Assembly (NCBI GenBank): GCA_013239625.1
Contig: MU053933.1
Span: 1,697,026-1,761,025 of the forward strand
Direction of reading: 5' to 3'
Length of the DNA: 64,000 nt
From: Lama guanicoe
Lineage: Eukaryota
In this document: one piece after another, positions 36,586 to 48,635 of the stretch
Layout: each line of letters opens with the position of its first letter
Numbering within the stretch: position 1 is the first letter of the stretch
The notes under the pieces: generated by a model
Seen by the model: the letters and a program-made list of their open reading frames with translations, nothing else
Told to the model about the DNA's origin: nothing
Databases searched by the model: none
Position numbers and translations under genes: made by a program

Positions 36586-37699
36586 GTTCAACTTTGAGAA
36601 GTTCAGTGAAATAGGGAAAATGCTTTTTATAAATGGCTTCCCAAACCTTTTTTTTTTAAAGCACACTAAAAACAGTCTCCTTTAAGAGAATACTAGAGCA
36701 GTTAAGTCCGTTTTTGTAGGAAATATGATCTTATGAGAAGGGGAAATGAGGGCTGTTCCCCTTGAGGCAGACAGGAATGAGTGGTACCACCCATGTCAAG
36801 GGTGACAGTTGCCCAGAAAGCCAGACCCACCAGTGGTGGGGCTGGTGGGGGATGACAGTGTGCTGGTGAGAACACCTGCCTGGTGCTGAGGGACTAAACC
36901 AGGAAGTCCCCAAGTGCTTTAAGTTAGAGCTCTGCAGGGCCATGATACTCTTTTAGGGATTGCTAATCAGTGTTTTTTCCATTTAAAAACTTCCTAAGGG
37001 GTCTCAGTGAGATTCTGAACATTCTCTAATTTGATCATTTCCTGACTGCCACCTCCCCCTTTCTAGATGATCCTGACCCCGCCCCCCTTCCCTCAAAGTG
37101 TAGGAGTTAGGCTGTTACAACTCACTTCTGTATCCTTTTCTCAGTCACTCAGGGCATCTTCTTGATTACATTGTTTTAAAAAAAGGAAGTTACATGTGAC
37201 TGAGGTTCTTACACACCCGTGGTTGACATTCAGAATGTAGGGACATGTGATTGGCGGTCAGAACACACAGGGCCTCTTCTTGGCCTCGGAAGGGGCAGGT
37301 GCCTTAATGTTTTGAACCAGACTTCCCATGCACCCAGACTGGTTGTGCTGGCTGGAGGGTGCTGGTCACCCTACCCAAGTGGGACTCTGCCCAGACATCA
37401 CTGCTCAGTGATCTGAGGCTTAGCAGCAGCCTGGGGAGTTCGCAGGAGCAAGTCGGTGTCGTGGGATGGCAAGGAAGTTGGGGGAGGGCTCCTTGAGCTG
37501 CCAGGGTGTGGCTTCCAGGGGCTACTGCTGCGCCCAGGCCAGCCTGCTGGTGTTCCTGTGCTGCACACCCGGCTGCGGGCCCGGCTGGGGAGGCAAACTA
37601 AGAGTCCGTGTTTCTTTCGGATGTTAGAAAATGCGCATCTGCCAGAGTGACCTGGTCTGCCCTCTTTTACCTCTGTTTCCGTGTTCACTGGCAGTGGGT

Positions 37700-37850
37700 C
37701 TCCGTACACAGGGTTAGTCCTGGACGTGGGTCACCTCGGATGATACTTCAACCTGGGAAAACACAGAGGTTAGTTACCTCCTGAAGGTTCGGTCACAAAT
37801 CGGCATGGCCAGGATTTAAACTAAGATCCATGGACTCCCATCTTCTCCCC
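37700..37850 (-). mobile_element. MIR remnant
   Basis: acagaggttagttacc..aaggttc..ggcatggccaggatttaaac. Confidence 0.45.
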
Positions 37851-39319
37851 TCATCAGTCGGCTCAAACTCTGTAAACCTTTATTTATCTCTGGTCAAATC
37901 AAATGTTGAAATCCTTATAAACAGGGAACATGAGACATAGAAATTGTGTCTGAGAAGAGCCAAATTTACTGCGTTTTCCTGGGGGTGGGGGAGGTGGGGT
38001 TAACTTTTCCAATCATATTTGACCCCAGAGCACACAACTGCCATTGGCTCCAGCCGACCTGGCGTGGGAGACACAAGAAGGCGTTTACGGTGCTGGTTGG
38101 GGGCCCGGGCTCGCCGTCAGCAGCTAGTCTCTGTCTCAGTCAGAATCCACCTGTGGAAAAGCAGTGGCTTCTGCTCCCGTTTCTTCCTTCTCTTGGGCTT
38201 TGTCAAACACTCTTAATATTTTACCGTGCAAGTTGTGGCCGATTGATACGTAGAGAGCCAAGCATTGGATGCAACTGACCGCACCTGCCTGTTCCTTTTT
38301 AACTGATTTGTGCTATGTGACGTGAGACCTTCAGTTGCTCAGCCTTCTCACTGAGAAATTCACGTCACAGCGAGGTTAGACTGAATTTTGTAAAGCAATT
38401 GCTCAGAAATTCCGTCGATTTTACTCTTGGTTAAGCAAGGCGTGCTCGGGGTTTTACATGAGTTGTTTCCCGTTGCAAAGTGAAATGGCTATGACTTCAT
38501 CTGTTGTTCCTAAAACCGCTTTGTAATAATCTTAAAATTAATCCTACATTGCTGATTTCAAAATGTTGCATTTTAGGGGAACACCTTAGTGGTCCATCCT
38601 TGGACAGTGTCTCATTTAGTTATTTAGGAGAATTCACCATGTTTTGATTATCTTTGTGGAGCAAAGCTTGAGAAAACTGATGCACAGGTAATCTTGGGGC
38701 GGCATCAGTTTCTCTTTGGAGGTGGAGGAGCAGGTGCCTGGGGAAAGTTGGCCCAAGTTCCCACTGCAGGGCTGGAGTCTTTGACCCTGGACACGGGGCT
38801 TTAAATGGCCATGTCTTTTCCCAAGTGTAGCCAGAAGGTCACGGATAGGATACATTATGGAGGTTAGTGCTACTAAGTTGAAAGAAACGTGTCCTTCAGC
38901 AGTGACAGGCAGAATTCTCCTCCCGGGCGGGAGTGCTTGGCGTCACTAGGAACTGGGCGCTCGTGGTGGGAGCTGCCTGCCAGCAGCCGGAGGCCTGTCC
39001 CCAGGCGGCCCGGGGAGGCCATGCATCATTGATGTAGCTCCTCTCAGTTCCTTTCTGAAAGTGGGTGGGGGATGGAATCGGTGATGGGAGGGACAGTGAG
39101 GAGTCCTAGAGCCCGCGGAACGCTGAGCAGGGAGAGCGGGGAGCTCCTCCACCCAGATCTGCTATCGGGCGCCTGTGAGCCTGAGGGTCACACAGCCGGG
39201 GGCTGGGCAGGAGGGGCCTGCATCCCGAAGCTGCAGGAACACTGGCTCTTTCTCTTCATCCCGTCGTTTGCTGACCTGAAACCTTCTAAGTAGATGCTGA
39301 CGTTAAACGTGTCCCTGCT

Positions 39320-39510
39320 TCAAGTTTTATGACAGCAGCTGCAACGACTGCATCTCTGTGGGGCGTTGCATGTGCTCGTTACGTTGTCTACTTCTCAGAA
39401 CAGCCCTGGAAGGATGGGTGCTGCCCTGTTACACAGGTGGAGAAACTGAGGTGGGAAAGCCATGAATCTCGATTTCGAATAGAGGTCTGATTGAATCCAA
39501 GCCAGCTGAA
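39320..39510 (-). mobile_element. MIR remnant
   Basis: cttctcagaacagccctgg...ttacacaggtggagaaactgagg. Confidence 0.6.
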
Positions 39511-39776
39511 CACTCAGAAAGCCCAGTGCATGAACGTCTTCACCTTTAACAGAAGCTCGGTGACTGACTTCACGGAGCCTTCTCCTTGTAGAAGCCGGAC
39601 TTGGTGACTGGGGTTCAGAAATCCCCCTGAGGTGCTGGGAACAGGTCCGTGCTGGCGCGATGGTGTCTGGGGAAGGCTGGGGGTAAACTCGGCGTAGGTA
39701 GGTTCGCCTGTGCCCGGCTTTTCATCTCAGACTTGGTGGGAGTGAAGGGAAGAGCTGTCTGTTGACTCTTGTGTTG

Positions 39777-39912
39777 GTTTGTTTTTTGTTTGTTTTGCGG
39801 GGGCGGTAATTAGGCTTATTTACTCATTTATCTTTAATGAAGGTGCTGGGGGTTGGACCCAGACCTGGCGCGTGCCGAGCGCACGCCCCGCCGCTGAGCT
39901 GCGCCCTCCCCC
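39777..39912 (-). mobile_element. tRNA-Ala-derived SINE (Vic-1-like), strongly GC-shifted
   Basis: Reverse complement GGGGAGGGCGCAGCTCAGCGGCGG...GGGTCCAACCCCCAGCACC; tail ggtaattagg..tatt shared with the other copies. Confidence 0.85.
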
Positions 39913-40854
39913 AGCTACCGACTGTCAACATGGAGCACGCGCTGCTGTCGGGTTGTGCTTTTCCCGCAGAGATTTCTACGTAGGCCATGGTCCTACCTGG
40001 CTGGAGTGAGAGTGGCTGAACCAGGGAGCAGGTGTACCTTGTATTAGGAGGTCGCGCATAATCCTCGTGTTGAGAGAGAAATTAAACAATGGGTGTGCCT
40101 TGCAAAGTGTGGCTTGCCAGCAGCGATTCTTGCCAAACGAAGATAAGAGGCAAGTTGGTGAATGAAGCTGACGTCAGTCCGGGTCACTCGGGAAGGAGGT
40201 GCCGAGGCGCGGGGTGCAGGGCGTGTGGGAGGCTTGCCGGGAGGGGCTGCGGAGGCACAGGAGGAGGTGGTCCGACCCCCCGGGCGAGGGGCCGCGGAGT
40301 GGGGAGGGCAGGAGGCTGGCCTTAGGCCTCAGAGGCAGCTCTGGGGAAGCCTCCTCCTGGGGTCCCCCCGCCAGGAGCCCCTGTCCCTCAGCTCCCCGCC
40401 CTCCCCGCCCCGGGTGAGGCCGGAGGGTGGCAAGGACATGCCCCCACGGCAGGTTCCCTCTTGTCGGGGGTCTGAGTGTGCAGGGTCCATGACGGCCTGA
40501 GACAGAGTTCAGTGGCTTGGAACCCACACCAGCAGAAGGACAGTAAATTAATCCCAAATCGCCAACAGTCCTGAGCCCGGGCAGCGCCCGGCTTAGTTTG
40601 AGGTCCTGGTGGGGCCGGTAGGTGTTACTTCAGCTTTCTGTGTGACGGGGTGAGCTAGCCCAACCACGGAGAGAGGCGGAGGGCTCCTGGGTGCCAGCAG
40701 AGACCGGGACACGGGCCTGTGTTCAGCTTCCCGAGCCCAGGCACTTCCCACGGGAACTGAAGTTCCAGAGCATTTGTGAGGAAAGCGTGGTCCGGGCCCC
40801 AGGCGAGCAGGGCATTTTCCGGGGCCCTGCTGCTTTGCACCTGACACTGCTTCC

Positions 40855-40992
40855 TTTTTTTTTTTTTTTTTTGAGGTAATTAGGGTTATTTATTTAATTA
40901 TTATTATTTTTTTAATGAACATACCGGGGATTGAACCCAGGACCTGCTGCATGCTAAGCACACACTCAACCACTTGAGCTGTACCCACCATC
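40855..40992 (-). mobile_element. tRNA-Ala-derived SINE (Vic-1-like)
   Basis: polyT, gaggtaattagg, ggggattgaacccaggacc..catgctaagc..ccacttgagctgtaccc. Confidence 0.9.
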
Positions 40993-41156
40993 TTTAAATT
41001 TTAATGGGTATTAATGTTTTGGGTATAAATATTTCTTTTTTGGTAAACAAAAGCTATGTGTGAAAGTTGTAAATGCAGATCCGACAGGTGCCAGGCAGGG
41101 GTGGCCGTGTGAACATGAGTGATGCCCGAGCGCCTCTTCTTTCGGGTAGGGCGTGC

Positions 41157-41209
41157 CTGACCCCCACCTCTGACCCCCGGCCTCTGTCCCCCACCTCTGA
41201 CCCCCAGCC
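41157..41209. repeat. Short minisatellite, 4 x 13-14 bp (ctgacccccacct)
   Basis: ctgacccccacct/ctgacccccggcct/ctgtcccccacct/ctgacccccagcc. Confidence 0.8.
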
Positions 41210-41799
41210 GACATGCCAGGCGGGGAGGGGAGCAGAGTCACTAGGTCTTTGGTCTGCCGAGGCAAGTCAGAAATCTGGATCTTTATATGCAGTTACTTAT
41301 CTTTAACAAACTGTGCAGGCAAATGAAAAATGTTCCTGCCTGGATTTAAAGCCTGTGGGCTACTATCTTTACAATTTCTGGTCTAAAATGCTTATTTAAT
41401 TTTCGAAATAAAGTGAGCCAATTAAATGAGGACAAAGTGGGCACTTTCAAAATGTGTGGGAAAAGCAAAGAACAGAAACCCAAGACTCTGTGTACAGATG
41501 AAAACTGATGCAGCTGTCGTTCGCGTCTGAAGCATGGCTGCTGGGAGCAGGGTGGGTCCGTGGAGCCGGCGGAGGGGAAGGGCAGGCAGAACCCAGAGCA
41601 ACGTCCGTCGGGGAATGCAAGAGCTCCTGGGTCTCCGTGTACAGGTCGGAGGCCCTAAGAGCCACGTGAGGATGGAATCTGCAAAAAGTAATGTTTACCA
41701 AATGCACCCGTACATTTACCAGAAGGCAGGTGGAACGTTCTGCGTCCACCCTCCCGGTTCACTAGTAGAGCCGTGCGGCCCTCGGGTGTGCTCGGAGTG

Positions 41800-44700
41800 G
41801 ACTGCTGGGCGGGGAGGTCAGGTGGGTTAGAATTTACGCGGTGATCCTGGGCTGTTTCCCAGAACGATGGCCCCGGACTACACAGCCACTCCTAGTGTGT
41901 AAGTGGACCCACATGCTCTTCAGCACATGGTGTCGGCAATAATTTTTGTGAATAGAATGGATGCAAAATATGTGACTGTGGCCTTGCTCCACACTCCTGC
42001 CCAGTGCAGCCGGGCAGCTCCCGTGTTCACTTAGATGCGTGCCCTCCTCCGCGTGCTCCTTCGCCCCCTCTGGCTGGGCGGGAGCCCTGTCTCATGTGTC
42101 CTCTGTAGTTCTAGGCACCGTGCCTTCTTACACGTTTAGGTTGGACTCCTTTGTCGTAACGCGTGCATTGGGCGCCTTTCCTAGCCACGTCTTGTCTTTT
42201 TACTTTACTTAATTTTGACAAATAGAAATTCTTAATTTACGGGTAATGCCATAAAATAATGTGGGGACCGAGGCCCCTACTTGCCACCACACAGAGTCCA
42301 CTCCTGGGGGACTCAGGGCTTCAGTGTGGAAAGCAAACCACACAGCTTCTGGAAGAAAACACAGAATGCGCCGGCGAGCCCAGGGCGGGAGGGGCCCCTT
42401 AGCGACACTCAAAAGAGGCGTTGCCCGTAAAAGGAGTCCTGCCTCCTGTCCTCAGCGAGTCGGCCCTCCTTCCCTGCCGGCCCCAGATGCCACTGCAGCC
42501 ACGGGCCCAGTCCCCTCCATTCGGCCCTCTGTCCCGCCGGGCGCCCCCCACCCCCCGCTGCTTCTTGCTTTTTGCCTTTCTGTGTACGTGTTAAAACGGT
42601 TTGTCACGTTCATGGAAAACTTTGTCAGGATTTGGAATGAAGTTGTACGGATCCTGTGGACCCGCTGAGGGGAGCTCTCATCTTTACGGCTGAAGTCCTC
42701 CTGCTGTGAACGTGTGCCTGTCTCTGTCAGTGCAGGTCTTAGACGGCGTCCGACGAGGCTCCGTGTGCCCTGTTCCACAGGCCGCCCCGCACTCCGCGGG
42801 CACGTTTATTCCCAGCTGTCCTTAGTATTTTTGTTGCTTGCTTAAGTGGTATTTAAATTTTTTATTTTTTATTTTAAAATGTCTGTGATTCTCGGTGCTG
42901 AACAGAAATGCAGTTGATTTGGGGAATCGGTTTGACAGCTGGCCACCTTGCCAGTCCCTGTTTCTGAAACTCTGTTTGTAGGTTTGGGGGATTTTCTTTG
43001 CGGACATCCCTTTCATCTGGGAATGGTGGCGGCTTCGCTTCTTCCTCCCGCCTGTAACGGTGCCCTCCTGCTTTCCTGCCCGGGCCGGGGCCGTCAGGGC
43101 CGTGCCAGGTGGAAGTGTGGTGAGGCGTTCCTGTCTTGCTCCTGGTTTTCGGGAAATGCTGTTCAGCCGTCCCGTGTTGGTACAGACACCGAGGCTGCCC
43201 GGCTCTGAAGCCTCCGCCTTCCCCTGGGAACAGGGGAGCAAACAGAGAAGATAGAGATGAAGGGCTGAAAGACTTACCTTCACCGGCCACGGGGGAGATG
43301 CAGAAATAAGAGCACAGTGAGAGGCCGGCCGGCCTGTGAGGGCACAGGGGGCGCGGCCACGATGCAGAGAGGTTGCCGGGGCCCCGGGGGTGCTCAGACG
43401 TGCGCAAGCAGGGTGCTGGTGTGAGTGTGAACGCGTGTGCGTTAGACTTGCCGGCCGTGTCTGCAAAGGACTTTCACACCTGGGTGCCCCTCGTGTGTGC
43501 TCCCCCGGACGTCTGGGCGCCCCCGGGCTGGGCAGAACGCCCACAGCAGCACACCTAACAACGGCAGACCCTGCAAACGCTCCAGACAAAATGGAGAAAT
43601 AGCTCACACAGTGGGAAGTGGCTCTGACCCCAGGAGAATGTGCGTGCATCCGGCCTGTGGGCTGGGCAGGGACTGTGGCCCTGGGTGCTCGCCCTGGGTT
43701 CCGTTCACATGGCCAGGCGGCTGTGCCTCTGGCGTCCCGGGTGCGGCTGTCAGCAGGCTGGGCGGCTGGGTGGGGGCGCTGGGCTTGTAGGGGCACTGGA
43801 AACGTTTCCTCTCTCCATCCAGGTGTTGGTGACACGGGTGTGTCTGAGGGGGTGGATGTGTAAGCTGACCTTGACCTGGGCGGGGCCGCAGGGGCCTCTC
43901 CTGGCAAATACGGGAGGCCCAGGTTCAGCCTCCCGAGGGGCCGAGAGATGGCCACCTTCAAGGAGAGAAAAGCAGGTGGCCGGCGACTCTGCGGGAGAGC
44001 AACCAGTGCCCGTTAGACACGAGAGGGACTCAGGAAAGAAAGTGGGCCACAGACCGTGTCCCTACGCTGGCCTTCTGGGGCGCGTGGAGCTCAGGGGCCG
44101 CGTCTGTAGAGGCCCTTCTGGGAGGCGTCTGAAGGAAGGCTGCCGCCTGCTGCACAATGACAGGAGAGTCGGGGCCGGTTACCCCCAGGTGGGGTCAGCT
44201 GGGCGGTGACAAGCATTGTCCCAAGAGACGGCTGGTGTGAGAGTGGAGGGACTGGAGGGAGGTGGAGAGAGGTGGGCCCGTCGCCAGGTTCTGTGCCTGG
44301 GGACCAAAGTAGACAGACCCTGCATGGCAGTTGGTGTGTTTCGGAGTGAACTGGGGAGCCCTAACGTTGTCCGCACAGCTGGGAAGAAAGGGGAGGGGCT
44401 GTCGTTCCTCAAACCCAGCCATTCCACATCCCTGGGCTGGGCACGCTCTGCCCAGGAGGCTCTGGAGGAGGGGCGGGGGGCTTCACGGCTACGCGGCCCC
44501 AGGGCTTCTGTCCTTGGGCCGGGCAGCCTCACGCCTGGGGCCCTTTACAGGTGTGAGGCGACCTAGGCAGGGCCGTGCGTCTCAGCGCTGGTGACTCGGG
44601 GGCCTGTCTGGGGGCCCTGGCCGGAGGAGCAGGAGGTGCCCACAGACCTGGACGCTGTGCACCTTGAGGATGAGGCCGCCCTCCTGCCTACAGGGGACCC

Positions 44701-46400
44701 AGGGCAGAGGGCAGGGCTTGGAGCCCTGTGTGTGGAATGGGGGAGAGGCGAGACCACCCCTGGGGGAGACCCAGGGGATAAGCGGTCACTTCTCCCAAGG
44801 GCTGGGACGGCGCAGCAGGGCGGGGTCACAGCGTGTTGATGCGTCTTGGATTGAGTTACCCGTTTAAACCCGTGATGTTTACCAGAAAGAGAACGCTTAG
44901 TTTTCTGTAGATCCCCCTTTCAGCTCGAGAAGGTTCCCTTGTTTCTATGCATGTTTTACTGAAAAAGGTGTTGTATCAAAGACAAGCTGACACATAAGAT
45001 TTTCTCCCTTTAATGGTTAGTTCGTGAGGCCCTGAGCAGGTTTCCTTACTCCTCTGGAGCCGGCCCGTCGTGACCGTGACGCATCGCTGTTTGTTGCATC
45101 GCTGTGTTAGGTTTGCCAGTACTTTGCTTAGCATTTTTCGCACTTGTGTCCAGAAGCGCACGCACCTTACAGTTGTCCGTCACTGTGCTGTCCCCGTCTG
45201 GGTTTGGTGCTGGCCCGCGCTGGTCTCGCCGCGAGGGGACGGCGCTGCCACCTTCGCTGTTGTCCAAGGAGCACGTGTGAGACTGAGGTTGTGTGTTCCT
45301 TTCGTAGCTTCTTGGTCTGGGCCTGGCTTTCATGCAGATAGATTTTCACGTCCTGATCGATCACATTAATAGTTGCAGGTCTGTTCAGCTTTTCCAATCC
45401 TTTTTGCGTAAGATTTGGTATTATTTTTCTAGTGGTGATATGCCTTGGTTATCTGTTGCTGTGTAACAAATGACCTCCACACTTGCTGGCTTTAGACAAC
45501 AACAGCCACCAGCTCTTGCGTCTGTGGTCCAGGAACCCAGCAGCCCCGCAGTGTGCCCCGGCTCGGGGCCCCTCATGGGCTGGGACGGAGGTGCTGCCCG
45601 GGGCTGTGGCCTTATCTGAAGGCTCAGCAGGGCAGGGTCCCTCTTCAAGTTCACTCATGGGGTTGTTGTCAGGACTCAGGTCCTTGCCAGTGGGTGTCCG
45701 GAGGGTCCCCCAGCCTGGCGACTTGTCCGTCAGAGTGAGGTGGTGGGGAGAGAGCCGGGAGGGGAGAGGGGAGCAAGCTTGCCAGCAAGACCAGGACCAA
45801 GAGCTTGTAAACCTCGTCTCAGGGGCAGCCCCCCTGCTTTTGTGGTACTTTTTGTTGGGAGGCAGTGACCAGGTCTAGCCCCACCTCAAGGGTGCAGGTC
45901 TCACAAGGATGTGACCCGTGGGGCCATCCGAGAGCTCTCCGCCCCGTGTCCATGTCAGTAAAGCTGTCAGTGCCTTGCTACAAAGGTCATAATCTTCTCC
46001 CAGTTTTTAGATCTCCGCTGCAGCTGACATCAAGCTCGCCTTCCACTCCTGATCTTGGTTTTGCTTTTCTTTTCTGTTGATTCATCTCGGCAGAGCTTCA
46101 TGGGCTCATTGCTTTGCACGCAGAGCTTCGTAGATCCGCCCCTCATACTTTTGTTTCCTGTGTCATTAACTTTTCCTTTCGTTGTCAGCATTTCTTTCCA
46201 CGCTTCTTGGGTTTTTTTCTGGTGTTCTCTTTATAGGTTATTGAGCTGAAAGTGTAACTTTTTTTTTACTTTTTCTAAGCATAATTTCTTAATTTTCAGA
46301 CTTCCCTTCTATCATAAGCATTTAAGGCTGCAGAGTTCCTTCCTGATCTCCATCCTGCCACCCTGTGCTTTGTGCATCTTGGTGTGCGGTAATGACGCCG
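41800..46400 (-). mobile_element. Dispersed, highly degraded antisense L1M fragments (e.g. 41800-42270, 42580-43010, 44840-45425, 45960-46400)
   Basis: agaaatgcagttgattt; gttaggtttgccagtactttgct..atttttcgcac; aagcatttaaggctgcagagttcc; boundaries approximate. Confidence 0.5.
45430..45945 (-). mobile_element. MaLR LTR (MLT1F/H-like)
   Basis: ggttatctgttgctgtgtaacaaatgacctc..acttgctggcttt...cttcaagttcactcatgg. Confidence 0.7.
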
Positions 46401-48429
46401 TTCAGTCCCGAGGATTTAAAAGCTTGTTGTTCCTCTCCTGCGCCCGCCAAGTCCTCATGCCTGTGATTCTGTTCCCATCGGATTCACCCCCTGCCGTGTG
46501 TCCAGGTTGCGTCTCAGTAGCCCCCGACCTGTCCCTGTCACTCCCCTGCCCCAGGCCCCGTGGTGATGCCTGCTGAGGCCACCTCCTCTTCCTTAGTGCC
46601 CGCTACACCGGCCTCGGGTTCTCCACTGCGTCGCGCTGCACCTCGGACCTTGGCCTGGGGAGTTCGTGCTCGACCTGCAGCCTGCTGTCACGAGGCCGGA
46701 GGCCTCCCCCACCGCGAGTCTGGGCCGGGAGGCACGCGCGCCCCGTACGATCACACGAGCACACATGCACGCACACCGCACACGTGTGGACCACGTCTGC
46801 GGACCTTCTTCACGGCCCACTTCCATCGGTCCCACCGCACAGCTGACCCTCGCCCCAGCCCCAGCCCCGCCCCGAGCGCTGCCCTGCCTCCCTGTGTGGA
46901 CTGAGGCTGCCTCCCTGCCCGGGAGCCGGTGAGGGCGAGGCCTGCCTGTGGCCGCTGGGCGCAGGCCCAGCTCACCGGGGGCTTGACCGGCACGTGGCTG
47001 ACTCTCCCCGGGACAAGACCGCGCCCGCGCGCCCACCAGGAGCGACTGAAAGAACACCCCGCTCTGGGTGCCTAACAGTTTCCTCGTTTCTGCTTCACTT
47101 TCCAGTTCTGGGATGTAACGTGCTGCGAGTGTGTGAAATTCACAGGCACCTAACCGATGCTGGCCCCCGGCTGTGAGGCCAGCGGCGCCAGTGGGTGGCG
47201 GTGGCTGGCCTTTCCTCTGTGAGGGTGTGGGAGGGACCACCGGGGGCGTCTCCCCCAGGAGTTAGCGAGGGTCAGAAAGCATCACGTGGGAAGGGGCTTC
47301 GTAATGCGGGGGCGCTGCTCGTGGGGTGAGGGGCCAGGCCTGGGGGCTGCCCAGGGGTGACGGCTCAGAGGGCGAGCAGGAACAGACATGGGCTGAGCTC
47401 TGCGCTGCTTGTCCCCAAACTGGCCGCCGTGTCCTCGGGCAGCTGACAAGGGTCCCAGCCGCCTCTCCTCTGATGCCTCCCCTCGGGTGCAGAGCAGACG
47501 GTGGTGGGTTCTGTCCACCCGTGTCACTCTCTGTTCTGCAGAAGCACGTGGCAGGGGACTCGGCCGTGTCCAGCCGTGTCCGGGAGAGGCGGGCTTCCCC
47601 TGCCGGGCCACGCTGGGTGCCTGGCTGTCCTCATGGTCAGTGCGGGCCGGGGCCGGCTTCACGCTCCCTTGCTGCTGAATCATCTCCTGGCTCAGCACTT
47701 CTGGGAAAAGCTCTCTTCCCCGGAACTGCCGGCCCGAGGGCAGCAGAGCCGTTGGCCTGAGCTCCCGGGGAGGCACCTGCAGGGCCGTGGAGCGGGAGCA
47801 GGGCCGGCGCCCGGTCCATCTGTCCCTCGGCGGCTCTGAGGCTTCTCCCCAGGGGTGTGAGGCTGCGTTTGTGCGCCCCTGGGAGAAGCCGAGCTCAGCA
47901 TCAGGCTTTCGGTGACGTGGGCCGAAGTGGGCCTGCCCCGCTGTGTGGTCAGGGTCTCTGCTGGGCTCAGAGGACAGTCGCGCCTTCTTAGCAGTTTTAT
48001 TAGTGTGTGTGTGGGTGTCACATAGACACCTGTGGCCTTTTGAACATAAATGTCAAAATATGCAACCACACTTACGGGAGGGCGGCTTTACGTAGAACGG
48101 TGACTTTTGCCACTTACTCTACTTATTTACACACACATCCACCAAAAATCAGAACAGGCACGTAGGTCGACGGCAGCAGCGACCCCGCACCCGCGCCGAC
48201 GCCGAGGGAGCAGGCAGTGCCGCCTGGACGTTTCTGACGTGCTTTCCCTGGCGGCGCGTCTGGTTCGACCCACGTGACACGCAGCGGGGTGTCTGTCAAC
48301 CATGCTCAGCAGGAGAGGTTTGTTAGAGGTGGGGGGTGATTGCAGAGCAGATCCTTCCCAGCTGGGCGGTGGGGTGCCGGGGGGACAGAGACGCGGGGGG
48401 GAGCAGTGGTCAGGAGTGGTCGGGGAGGG

Positions 48430-48635
48430 TCGCACACTGATTTCACAATGTGGGGAAAAAGTAAAATGTCTCCCTAACATTCTTGTATATGAACAGACGT
48501 TGAAACAATACGTTGGGTGCATCGGGTGGGATAAAATGTGGTATCAAGTTGCGTTTGCCTGCTTCTTCGTGCTTCCTCATGCTGCTGCTGGGGATTTAAA
48601 ATTGCACTCTGGGCCCCGTCGTGTGTCCCTTGGAT
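48430..48635. mobile_element. MER33-like hAT-Charlie fragment, GC-shifted
   Basis: aaagtaaaatgtctc...gttgaaacaata...ataaaatgtg...atttaaaattgcac follows the recalled MER33 order. Confidence 0.55.

Noticed and set aside
42822..43961. 379-aa minus-strand ORF
   Set aside because: No recognisable domain, GC-driven composition, and it runs into a degraded L1
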